DNA of 25,130 nt, from contig JBIOXB010000201.1 in the NCBI GenBank assembly GCA_044869275.1, forward strand, positions 1 to 25,130, read 5' to 3'. The stretch comes from a bacterium (GTDB lineage Bacteria > Zhuqueibacterota > Zhuqueibacteria > Zhuqueibacterales > Zhuqueibacteraceae). The notes beneath the pieces were generated by a model. It saw nothing but the letters and a program-made list of their open reading frames with translations, was not told the origin of the DNA and ran no database searches. Positions 1 to 8,441 of this stretch are shown piece after piece; within the stretch, counting starts at the first letter, position 1; every line of letters starts with the position of its first letter. Made by a program: the position numbers and the translations under genes.

Positions 1-49
1 TCCAAAGCCAAAATAATAACGACTCGCGGCGTAACATTTTGAGCTCGCG

Positions 50-1126
50 ATGAAAATGGAAAGACTCTACAAAACCCACACCACGCTGGAGCGCACCTTG
101 CGGGTCTCGTATCCGGCCGGGAAGGGACGATTGGTTCTGCGTATCGAGCAGGACTGGGAGAAAGACCTCGAGGCGTTTGCGGTCAGTGAGGACGGCAACA
201 CTTCGACTTTTCAAGTGCAGGCCGATCAGCCGTTCCTCTATTTCAAGCCTTGCCTGGTGCGAGACGGCGAGTTTCACTGGTCGGTGGGGTCCAACAAGCT
301 TCTGCTCATGGGAGAAGAGGATCAGCGCGTCTCCTACCCATTTTTCTTGAGTCCGGAGCATGGGCGATTCTCGCGGCTGGTCGAGTTCCCGTCCCAGATT
401 CTTGGCCGTGTCCATCACCTTCGTGTGTACCTGCCGCCGGGGTATGACGAAAACACGCTGGCTTCATACCCGGTGGCATTCATGCAGGACGGCCAGAATC
501 TATTCTTTCCGGAGGAAGCCTTTCTTGGTCGGGACTGGGCGGTCAACGAGACCAGCCAGACGCTGCGGGCAATGAGCGCGGTTGAAGAGTTCGTCATCGT
601 CGGCATCCATTCAGGCGATCGGATGCGCGAGTATACGGCCCCCGGCTACGAGGCCTACGCCCGGTCGCTGGCCGAAGAGATCGTGCCCGAAGCCCAACGC
701 TTGCTGCGCATAGGAAACCACCGGCGCTACCGCTCGGTTTGGGGCTCTTCGCTCGGCGGAGTGGTCTCCTTTTACAGCGTATGGCAGCACCCTGAGGTGT
801 TCGGCACCGCCGTTTGCATGTCGAGCACCTTTTCGCATAAGGACAATTTGATCGACCGGGTTCTCAGTGAGCCGGTACGCGACGTGGGCTTCTATCTCGA
901 CAGCGGCTGGCCCGGCGACAATTATGAAGTGACGATGGGAATGGCAATGGCCCTGGTCTCGCGAGGCTGGCGATACGGGCTTAACTTTTTGCATCTGTGC
1001 TTCCCACAGGCCGAGCATGACGAGACGGCTTGGGGGTTGCGGTTGCACTTGCCGATGCAGTTCCTCAACGGCGCAGTTGCCCGCGCCTCACGCATGGGTG
1101 CTCCCGTGCTGGGTGATAAGGCCTGA
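50..1126 (+). CDS. Putative esterase, alpha/beta hydrolase fold (Fes/IroE-like, PF00756-type)
   Basis: 358-aa ORF with LRVYLPPGY, YPV.FMQDGQNLF, nucleophile elbow GSSLGG, FYLDSG and C-terminal AEHDE.AW..RL. Confidence 0.85.
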   Translation: MKMERLYKTHTTLERTLRVSYPAGKGRLVLRIEQDWEKDLEAFAVSEDGNTSTFQVQADQPFLYFKPCLVRDGEFHWSVGSNKLLLMGEEDQRVSYPFFLSPEHGRFSRLVEFPSQILGRVHHLRVYLPPGYDENTLASYPVAFMQDGQNLFFPEEAFLGRDWAVNETSQTLRAMSAVEEFVIVGIHSGDRMREYTAPGYEAYARSLAEEIVPEAQRLLRIGNHRRYRSVWGSSLGGVVSFYSVWQHPEVFGTAVCMSSTFSHKDNLIDRVLSEPVRDVGFYLDSGWPGDNYEVTMGMAMALVSRGWRYGLNFLHLCFPQAEHDETAWGLRLHLPMQFLNGAVARASRMGAPVLGDKA

Positions 1127-1205
1127 GATTCATATCGCCCAAGAGCCTATCCCGAAGCCCCACTATAAGTATTACTCTGAAAGAACTATCACGCTCGCGA
1201 AGATG

Positions 1206-1336
1206 TTTTTGAACCGCCAAGACGCAAAGAACGCAAAGAGAATGATTGAGCCTTAATGGTAAATAATCTGTAGCACAGGATAGAACGGCGAAGGCAATGA
1301 GATCACCAATATCTTCGCGTCTTCGCGGTTCACAAA
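1206..1336. repeat. Intergenic inverted repeat, 25-bp arms built from 9-nt units (REP/MITE-like)
   Basis: 1206-1230 tttttgaaccgccaagacgcaaaga matches the reverse complement of 1312-1336 (tttgtgaaccgcgaagacgcgaaga) at 22/25. A small hairpin gcggc-tgc-gccgc follows at 1343-1355. Confidence 0.75.
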
Positions 1337-1420
1337 TTGATTGCGGCTGCGCCGCGCTATATCATGCCGAAAGCATCTTGATTGATTCAGTGGCCATTCA
1401 CGAAACACGCACTGTACAAA

Positions 1421-2476
1421 ATGAAAGCAATCATTGTAGAGCCAAAGAAGCCGGGAACGGCACGGCTGGAAGACGTCCCAGAGCCTGACGCACTCGAGGG
1501 CTCGGTGCTCGTGGAAGCCGTCGCCGTCGGCGTCTGCGGAACCGATGTTGAGATCGTGGAAGGAAAGTACGGCTGGGCGCCTCCCGGCAAGCATCACCTC
1601 GTGTTAGGGCACGAATCCCTCGGCCGCGTGGCGGACCCGGGCCCGGCCAGCGGGCTGCAGAAGGGTGATCTCGTCGTCGGTATCGTTCGCCGTCCCGACC
1701 CCGTGCCCTGCCCCAACTGCGCGGTCGGGGAGTGGGATATGTGCCGCAACGGCCGGTACACCGAGCGTGGGATCAAACAGATTGACGGGTTTATGTCGGA
1801 GCGCTGGCGGATCGAGCCCGAGTACGTGGTGAAAGTTGATCGTTCTCTCGGGCTTCTCGGCGTGTTGCTCGAACCGACGACGGTCGTCGCCAAAGCGTGG
1901 GAGCAAATCGCGGCCGTTGGCCAGCGCGCCTTCTGGGAGCCGCGGCACGTGCTGGTGACAGGAGCAGGGCCGATTGGTCTTCTGGCCGCTCTCATCGGAA
2001 AGCAGCGCGGCCTGGAGGTTCATGTGCTTGATCGAGTCGAATCGGGGCCCAAGCCTGATCTCGTGCGCAATCTGGGCGCAACGTACCACACTGGCGCCGT
2101 CTCGGGCGTCGGATTCGATCCGGACATCATCGTCGAATGCACCGGCGTCGGACAGGTTATAGCCGATTCGATCCGGGCCATTGGCGCGGGCGGCGTCGTG
2201 TGTCTCACGGGCGTCGGGAGCGGCGGTCGCACGACCGGGCTCCCCTTGGCCGACGTCGCGGCTGAAATGGTGCTCGGGAACAACGTCATCATCGGCAGCG
2301 TCAACGCCAACAAGCGCCACTGGTACAAAGCCGGAGAAGCTCTGGCCCGCGCCGACCTTTCCTGGCTGGCGCGTCTCGTAACGCGGCGCGAGCGGCCGGA
2401 GGACTTCGCCCACGCCCTGCAGCGTGAAGCGCAAGATATTAAAGTCGTCATCCAATTCACAGAACTTGGGATCTGA
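1421..2476 (+). CDS. gdh: Glucose 1-dehydrogenase, Zn-dependent medium-chain dehydrogenase family
   Basis: GVCGTD, catalytic-Zn motif LGHESLG, structural-Zn cysteines CPNC..C, LLEP, Rossmann GAGPIG, and GSVNA. The ATG at 1421 (MKAIIV) fits the family N-terminus better than the ATT at 1382. Confidence 0.85.
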   Translation: MKAIIVEPKKPGTARLEDVPEPDALEGSVLVEAVAVGVCGTDVEIVEGKYGWAPPGKHHLVLGHESLGRVADPGPASGLQKGDLVVGIVRRPDPVPCPNCAVGEWDMCRNGRYTERGIKQIDGFMSERWRIEPEYVVKVDRSLGLLGVLLEPTTVVAKAWEQIAAVGQRAFWEPRHVLVTGAGPIGLLAALIGKQRGLEVHVLDRVESGPKPDLVRNLGATYHTGAVSGVGFDPDIIVECTGVGQVIADSIRAIGAGGVVCLTGVGSGGRTTGLPLADVAAEMVLGNNVIIGSVNANKRHWYKAGEALARADLSWLARLVTRRERPEDFAHALQREAQDIKVVIQFTELGI

Positions 2477-2630
2477 GCGAGCATGAGAGAAAATGGCTCT
2501 GAGCCTATCTACTAAAACTCTCATCCATCATGAAGCGTAAGATATCAAGATCGTCGTCCAGTTCGCGGATCTGGGGATCTGAGCGAGCATGAAAGGAAAT
2601 GGCTGTGAGCTTATCCACTAAAATTCTCAT
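2425..2630 (+). repeat. Diverged tandem duplication, two 100-bp copies (2425-2524 and 2531-2630)
   Basis: Ungapped manual alignment gives 16 mismatches in 100 bp with a 106-bp period. Each copy holds a gdh 3' end, a spacer and a symporter 5' end. Confidence 0.95.
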
Positions 2631-4755
2631 TGGACTGGGCCTTGGCATTCTGGCCGGAATCTTCTTCGGCGAAGCAGTTGCTTTCCTAAAAATGCCCGGA
2701 GATGCGTTTATTCTGCTGATGCAGATGACCGTGCTCCCCTATATCATGGTCTCTTTGATTACCGGACTTGGCGGGCTTTCCTTTCACGAAGCCGCTGTTC
2801 TGGCGCGCAAGGGTGGGCTGGTGCTTTTGTTGCTGTGGGGCATAGGGCTGGTGATGGTTCTCATTATGCCTCTGGCCTTTCCCAATTGGGAGATGGCCTC
2901 TTTCTTCAGCACCAGCCTGATCGAGCAGGGGCCACCGTTCAATTTTCTGGGGCTTTACATCCCCGCCAATTTGTTTTATTCTCTTTCGAATAATACCGTC
3001 CCGGCCGTAGTCGTGTTCAGCTTCGCCCTGGGCGCGGCGCTAATCGGCATCAAAGAGAAAGAAACTCTGCTCAAAGGCCTTTCCGCGCTTGCCGACGGCC
3101 TGGGCCGCATCACGAACTTCCTCATCAAATTTGCGCCCTTGGGCGTCTTTGCCATCATTGCCAGCGCAACCGGGACCATGAGCTTCGCGGAGCTTGAGCG
3201 TTTGCAGGTCTATATGGTGGCGTATATGGTGGCCGCACTCCTGTTGACGTTCTGGATTTTGCCGGCGCTGGTGACCAGTCTCACGCCCTTCACGTACAAA
3301 GATATGGTCGGCCCGGCCAGGACCGCGCTCCTCACTGCCTTCGCCACCGGCAACATCTTCGTGGTGCTTCCCGTGCTGACGGAAAAAAGCAAAGAGCTCT
3401 TGAAAAAACTCGAGCCCGGCGCAGAGGCGTCTGAATCCACGGTGGACGTTATCGTTTCGACCTCTTTCAGTTTCCCGAATTTGGGCAAGATCCTGACCTT
3501 GAGCTTTGTTTTGTTTGCCGGCTGGTTCTCCAACTCCGCCGTGCCGATTTCAAAATACTTCACTTTCGCCACAACCGGCCTGTTCAGCTTTTTTGGCGAC
3601 CCCACTGTCGCCATACCCTTTCTGCTCGACCTTTTGAAGATTCCGTCAGATACCTATCGCTTCTTCCTGGTGGCCGATAACCTGGTTGGCGCCCGATTCG
3701 GGACGCTTTTGGCGGCCATGTACACGCTGGTTCTGGCCGTGCTCGGCGCCTGCGCCGTCAGCGGGTTGCTCAAAATCCGCTGGCCGAAATTGCTGCGCTT
3801 TGCAACTGTAAGCCTCGCGTTGACATTTGGCGCCATTGGGGCCACACGCTGGTTTTTTGAATACGTCGTAAAGCATGAGTATCAGGAATATCAGGCGTTC
3901 ATTGCCATGGATCTGTCGCACGCGCAAAAGCCGGCAACCAATCACAGGTCGTCATTGCCCTCGCCGCCTTTCCATGAAACGCAGAACTCCCGGCTGCGGG
4001 AAATCCGCGATCGCGGCTATATGCGCGTCGGCTACTTCAAGGATGCGCTGCCTTTTGCATTCGTCAATGAAGCGGGCAAGCTCGTCGGCCTCGACGTCGA
4101 GATGGCTTACACGCTGGCGCAAGAGATGAATGTCAGGCTCGAACTGGTGCTCATCGATCGCGACAAAGCTGCGGCTATGCTCGACGCCGGATACGTTGAC
4201 CTCATCATGTCCGGTGTCCCGGTCACGGTCGAAAACGCCGAAAGGATGGCGCTCTCGGCGTCCTACATGGATCAGACTTTCGCCTTTATCGTCAAAGACT
4301 TTCGCCGTGAAGAGTTCAACAGCCGCGAGAAATTGAGGAAACTGAAAAAGCTCAAGCTCGGCATTCCCAATGTGCCGTATTACATTGCCAAAATACGGGA
4401 ATATCTGCCGCAGGCCGAAGTGGTGGTGCTGAATTCTCCGCGCGAGTTCTTTACCCGCAAGGAAGACGATCTCGATGCCCTGGTGTATTCGGCGGAGGCC
4501 GGTTCCGCCTGGAGTCTGGTCTATCCCGCCTACACCGTTGCCATTCCCCAGCCGGACGTTCTGGCGGTGCCGCTGGCCTATGCCATAGCCCGCGGCGACC
4601 GCGAGCTGGGCAATTTTGTAGACACCTGGATCGATTTGAAAAGGAAAGACCAGACCATTGCGGCACTTTATGATTACTGGATTCTGGGCCGCAATGCCGT
4701 CGCGCAAGAACCGCGCTGGTCCATCGCCCGCAACGTATTGCACCTGATGAATTAA
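2599..4755 (+). CDS. Dicarboxylate/amino acid:cation (DAACS/SDF) symporter fused to a C-terminal family-3 solute-binding domain
   Basis: SD aaagga precedes the ATG. The first ~420 aa are hydrophobic with SDF motifs (GDAFILLMQMTVLPYI, YIPANLF, APLGVFAII). The C-terminal part has RLREIRDRG.MRVG, LPFAFVNEAGKLVGLDVEMA and VDLIMSG, typical of SBP_bac_3. Confidence 0.85.
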   Translation: MAVSLSTKILIGLGLGILAGIFFGEAVAFLKMPGDAFILLMQMTVLPYIMVSLITGLGGLSFHEAAVLARKGGLVLLLLWGIGLVMVLIMPLAFPNWEMASFFSTSLIEQGPPFNFLGLYIPANLFYSLSNNTVPAVVVFSFALGAALIGIKEKETLLKGLSALADGLGRITNFLIKFAPLGVFAIIASATGTMSFAELERLQVYMVAYMVAALLLTFWILPALVTSLTPFTYKDMVGPARTALLTAFATGNIFVVLPVLTEKSKELLKKLEPGAEASESTVDVIVSTSFSFPNLGKILTLSFVLFAGWFSNSAVPISKYFTFATTGLFSFFGDPTVAIPFLLDLLKIPSDTYRFFLVADNLVGARFGTLLAAMYTLVLAVLGACAVSGLLKIRWPKLLRFATVSLALTFGAIGATRWFFEYVVKHEYQEYQAFIAMDLSHAQKPATNHRSSLPSPPFHETQNSRLREIRDRGYMRVGYFKDALPFAFVNEAGKLVGLDVEMAYTLAQEMNVRLELVLIDRDKAAAMLDAGYVDLIMSGVPVTVENAERMALSASYMDQTFAFIVKDFRREEFNSREKLRKLKKLKLGIPNVPYYIAKIREYLPQAEVVVLNSPREFFTRKEDDLDALVYSAEAGSAWSLVYPAYTVAIPQPDVLAVPLAYAIARGDRELGNFVDTWIDLKRKDQTIAALYDYWILGRNAVAQEPRWSIARNVLHLMN

Positions 4756-4757
4756 AT

Positions 4758-4785
4758 TTTGTGCTTTGGATTTTGTGCTTTGAAC
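4758..4785 (+). repeat. Heptamer tandem tract (TTTGNNY x4)
   Basis: tttgtgc tttggat tttgtgc tttgaac lies between the symporter stop and the AI-2E ribosome-binding site (gaggag). Confidence 0.8.
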
Positions 4786-4798
4786 CTGAGGAGCCCTT

Positions 4799-5788
4799 AT
4801 GCAATCCGTCCGAAACCCCCTAGTCACCCTCGCCGCGGCCATGATCATCATTGGCGGCATGCACTTCGCCGCGCCGATCGTCAATTTGATTCTGTTGTCC
4901 TTTCTGCTGGCCATGTCGGTGACGCCACTGATGGAATGGGTCATCCGGAAAGGCATCAGTCCGGGCCTCGCCGTGACGATCACTATTCTGGCAGTTGTTT
5001 TTGGCGGCTTGGCGCTGGCGGCTCTGATGGGCGTCTCCATCTCCCGGATGATCGATGAATTGCCGGCATACCAACCGCGCCTTGTCGAAATCAAAGATTC
5101 CTTCACCGCCTTTTTGGCCGGGGTCGGGATTGATGCCACCGCGTTGTTTTCCAGCAACCGGCTGGAGCCGCAGCGGCTCATGCAATTGGCGACCAAGCTG
5201 CTTTCTGCCGGCCTCGGCATGGTGAGCATGTCTTTGGTGATCATCCTGATTGTGGTGTTCATTCTGATCGAAGCCGCCGCTCATCTTGGCAAATTGCAGC
5301 GCGGAGAGGAAGACAAGGGCGCTATGTCCCGCTACTTCACCTTTGGCAAGGATGTGCGCAAATACGTAGCCATCGTTTCTCTCACCGGCTTGATTGTGGG
5401 CGTATGTAATACCATCCTTCTGCTCGTGCTCGGGGTCGATTTCCCGGTCATGTGGGGCGTGTTGTCGTTTCTCCTCAATTTCGTCCCCAGCATTGGCTTC
5501 CTCATTTCCCTGCTGCCGCCGGCCTTGCTGGCGCTGCTGGAGTTCGGCTGGAGCAAGGCGCTCATCGTCGTGATCGGATTTTTCCTGTTCAACTCGATAT
5601 CGGAGAACATCGTCAAGCCCCGTTTCATGCAAAAGGGACTGGAGGTCTCGTTTCTGGTCATCGTGCTATCGCTGGTGGTGTGGACCTGGGCGCTGGGACC
5701 GATGGGCACCATCCTCGGCGTGCCGCTGACGATGGTGTTGTACCGCATGTATCGTGAGTATGGTGAAGCCGGACAAACGCAAGCGTGA
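4799..5788 (+). CDS. AI-2E family transporter (TqsA/YhhT-like)
   Basis: 329 aa, highly hydrophobic, with LP.Y, WGVLSFLLNFVPSIG, ENIVKPRFM and GPMGTILGVPLT. SD gaggag is present. Confidence 0.9.
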   Translation: MQSVRNPLVTLAAAMIIIGGMHFAAPIVNLILLSFLLAMSVTPLMEWVIRKGISPGLAVTITILAVVFGGLALAALMGVSISRMIDELPAYQPRLVEIKDSFTAFLAGVGIDATALFSSNRLEPQRLMQLATKLLSAGLGMVSMSLVIILIVVFILIEAAAHLGKLQRGEEDKGAMSRYFTFGKDVRKYVAIVSLTGLIVGVCNTILLLVLGVDFPVMWGVLSFLLNFVPSIGFLISLLPPALLALLEFGWSKALIVVIGFFLFNSISENIVKPRFMQKGLEVSFLVIVLSLVVWTWALGPMGTILGVPLTMVLYRMYREYGEAGQTQA

Positions 5789-5792
5789 ATTT

Positions 5793-5860
5793 CAAAATCC
5801 AAATCAACCTATTAGCGTTGCCAACTTTGGATTTTGCGCTTTGAACTTTGTGCTTGGACT
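5793..5860. repeat. Heptamer tract with an inverted partner (hairpin)
   Basis: 5826-5860 reads tttggat tttgcgc tttgaac tttgtgc ttggact. 5793-5803 (caaaatccaaa) is the exact reverse complement of 5826-5836. Confidence 0.8.
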
Positions 5861-5865
5861 TTATC

Positions 5866-6954
5866 ATGAAAAACCTGTTGAAGCCATCCATCCAGTGGTT
5901 GTTCGTATTCGTGCCGATTACGCTGGCGCTGGAATACGCCGGACACGCTCCACCTCCGGTGGTTTTCTTTTGCGCTGCGATTGCCATCATTCCCATCGCC
6001 AAGCTCATCGTGGAAGCGACGGAACAAATTGCCGTGCGCACCGGGGAAGCGGTGGGCGGCTTGCTCAACGCCACGTTTGGAAATGCGCCCGAGTTGATTA
6101 TTACCATAGTGGCGCTGAAAGCCGGCTTGCACGAAATGGTCCTGGCCTCGCTCATTGGGGCCATCCTCGCCAACCTGTTGTTGGCGTTGGGAGTGTCGTT
6201 CTTTGTAGGCGGCGTGAGTTATCACAATCAGGAATATAATCCCGCCGGCACCCGCATGTACAGTTCCATGATGCTGGTCGCAGTGATCAGCATGGCCGTG
6301 CCCAGCGCATTCCATCGCTTGTTCGGAAGCGAAGAAATTGGCAGGCATGAGCAATTGCTCAATGTCGGACTGGCCGTGGTGTTGCTGGTGACTTATGTGC
6401 TGTATTTGATTTTCATGCTCAAGACGCATCCCGACATCTTCGCCAGCGCGGGTGGAAGCGACGACCATGAAGAACATGGCGAGCGCTGGAGCGTGGGACG
6501 CGCCGTTGTCACTTTAATCGCCACCTCACTGCTGGCAGCGTGGATGAGTGAGATACTGGTGGGCGTAGCGGAAGCTACTGGGGAAGCCCTGGGCATGACG
6601 TCAACTTTTATTGGCATCGTTTTCCTCGCCATTATCGGTGGAGCAGCGGAAAGCTTGTCCGCCATCACCATGGCGCGAAAAAACAAAATGGATTTGACCA
6701 TGGGCATCGCGCTGGGCAGTTGCATCCAGATTGCTCTGTTCGTGGCGCCGCTGCTAGTGTTGCTCAGTTTGGTGATCGGGCCGGGAACCATGGCACTCAA
6801 TTTCGGCAGAACGGAATTGGGCGCGCTTTTGCTGGCGGTGCTGATTGGCGCGCTGGTTTCCGGAGATGGCAAAGCCAACTGGTACAAAGGCATTCAGCTC
6901 ATCATCGTTTACGTTATCATTGCATTGATGTTTTATTTTATGCCCGAAGTATGA
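5866..6954 (+). CDS. cax: Ca2+/H+ antiporter (CaCA/Cax family)
   Basis: GGLLNATFGNAPELII (alpha-1 repeat), GGAAE (alpha-2 repeat), GSCIQIALFVAP and DGKANWYKG, plus an acidic/His loop DDHEEH. First ATG is at 5866. Confidence 0.92.
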   Translation: MKNLLKPSIQWLFVFVPITLALEYAGHAPPPVVFFCAAIAIIPIAKLIVEATEQIAVRTGEAVGGLLNATFGNAPELIITIVALKAGLHEMVLASLIGAILANLLLALGVSFFVGGVSYHNQEYNPAGTRMYSSMMLVAVISMAVPSAFHRLFGSEEIGRHEQLLNVGLAVVLLVTYVLYLIFMLKTHPDIFASAGGSDDHEEHGERWSVGRAVVTLIATSLLAAWMSEILVGVAEATGEALGMTSTFIGIVFLAIIGGAAESLSAITMARKNKMDLTMGIALGSCIQIALFVAPLLVLLSLVIGPGTMALNFGRTELGALLLAVLIGALVSGDGKANWYKGIQLIIVYVIIALMFYFMPEV

Positions 6955-7637
6955 AGAGAGGCGCTATAATTCTCGCAAGGAGTTATTCGAGCCGCTACGC
7001 GATGCTGTTCTACTTGCTTCTGCTCACCATTGCCGCCGGCCCGCTATTCGAAGCCTTGGGCTTCGGTTCCAATCTCCTCGAGCTGCTGCTCACCGCGAAC
7101 CTGCTGGCCGCGGTGATCCCGATCGACAACCGGATCGGGCGGCGGCTCCTGTTGCTCGTCCTGGCTGCCGCGTTGGTGGCACGGCTCGGCGCCGCGTGGC
7201 TGAACCATCCGGCCATTTCGAGAGTGAGCCTCGCCATTTGGACGGTCGTCGCTCTGATCGCAGCGGTCGTAGCGTTGCGCTACAGCATGCGCGCAACCTC
7301 GATTAGCAGCGAGCATCTTTACGCGGCGCTCAGCGCCTACGTGCTCGTAGGCATCTTCTGTGGCGTCTTTTACTTGGTCCTCGAACGCGCCTGGCCGGGC
7401 TCGCTTGGCATCGCCGGTGAGAGCGTTCCGGGCGACTTCTCACCCACAACCGCGATCTATTTCAGCTTCGTGACGCTGGCGACGCTGGGCTACGGCGACG
7501 TCGTGCCCAAAAGTGAGATAGCGCGCGGCCTCGCCATCGTCGAAGCCGTCGCTGGGCAGCTCTATCTCGCCGTGATGGTGGCGCGCTTGGTGAGTCTCTA
7601 CGTCACCAGCGTTGGAAAAGGGAAACAGTCGTCTTAA
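6951..7637 (+). CDS. Potassium channel family protein (Ion_trans_2 pore domain)
   Basis: Pore signature YFSFVTLATLGYGDVVP and GQLYLAVMVARLV. The ATG at 6951 overlaps the cax stop (ATGA), suggesting translational coupling. Confidence 0.88.
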   Translation: MKRGAIILARSYSSRYAMLFYLLLLTIAAGPLFEALGFGSNLLELLLTANLLAAVIPIDNRIGRRLLLLVLAAALVARLGAAWLNHPAISRVSLAIWTVVALIAAVVALRYSMRATSISSEHLYAALSAYVLVGIFCGVFYLVLERAWPGSLGIAGESVPGDFSPTTAIYFSFVTLATLGYGDVVPKSEIARGLAIVEAVAGQLYLAVMVARLVSLYVTSVGKGKQSS

Positions 7638-7691
7638 TTCGCTCTGCCCGACGCATGGAGCTATCTGAGATTTCGTTAAGGTAGTTGGAGA

Positions 7692-8417
7692 ATGCACAAC
7701 AATTCTGGTTGCCACCGGCCTCCTCCTAGTGGGAATAACCATCGCACCGGGAATTTAACTCTGATGGGTGCACTCGCAATTGCGGCGACTGGCTTGCTGC
7801 TGTTGACCGGCCTGGCACGAGGTCAGGCCACCACGACAGACAGCATCAAAGCTGCTCCGGAGGAGGAGGCGCCGTCCGCTTGGTCGTTCTACGCCTCGGC
7901 TTACGCCTTTTTCGTGCCCGATGATCAAGACTACGGATCCCCCATTTTCACTGCGGATCGAGGCGGGCTTCATCTCGAAGGGCGTTACAATTACGAGGAT
8001 ATCGAAACGGGATCGCTTTTCTTGGGATGGAACCTCAGCACTGGAGATGAGTTCTCTCTTGAGGTGACGCCGATGCTGGGCGCCGTCTTTGGTAATACCA
8101 CTGGCCTCGCGCCAGGCTGCCGCGTCACAATCGGATATGGAAGATTCGAGTTTTACAGCGAAGGCGAATACGTCTTTGATGCGGAGGACTCATTCGAGAA
8201 TTTTTTCTACAACTGGTCGGAACTGAGCTATGCGCCGGCGGGCTGGTCGCGCCTAGGCTTGGTGAGCCAGCGCACCAAAGTCTATCAAACCGAGCTCGAC
8301 GTCCAGCGAGGTTTGATGGCCGGCTTTTCTTACCGGCAAATAGATTGCACTGCTTTTCTATTCAATCTGGGTTGGACCACGCCGACCTTCGTGGTTTCGC
8401 TGGGGTACAGTTTCTGA
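7692..8417 (+). CDS. Exported hypothetical protein, probable small outer-membrane beta-barrel
   Basis: Signal-like segment (ALAIAATGLLLLTGLARG), aromatic-rich alternating strands (HLEGRYNYE, EFYSEGEYVF) and a C-terminal VSLGYSF beta-signal. The start is uncertain (7692 or 7764). Confidence 0.65.
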   Translation: MHNNSGCHRPPPSGNNHRTGNLTLMGALAIAATGLLLLTGLARGQATTTDSIKAAPEEEAPSAWSFYASAYAFFVPDDQDYGSPIFTADRGGLHLEGRYNYEDIETGSLFLGWNLSTGDEFSLEVTPMLGAVFGNTTGLAPGCRVTIGYGRFEFYSEGEYVFDAEDSFENFFYNWSELSYAPAGWSRLGLVSQRTKVYQTELDVQRGLMAGFSYRQIDCTAFLFNLGWTTPTFVVSLGYSF

Positions 8418-8441
8418 GGTGGCCGGCGTCGGGTTTTGAGA

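Noticed and set aside
2425..2630. Duplication as a DGR template/variable repeat pair
   Set aside because: The mismatches are not adenine-specific in either copy (many are C/T), and there is no reverse transcriptase in the window.
1604..5632. Long antisense ORFs (1604-2524, 3952-5262, 4820-5632), and likewise 11659-12576 and 17659-18528
   Set aside because: They are shadows of well-supported genes on the opposite strand in GC-rich DNA and show no family motifs.
6720..6950. N-terminal extension of the K+ channel ORF given in the track
   Set aside because: It overlaps cax in another frame. The ATG at 6951, coupled to the cax stop, is the better start.
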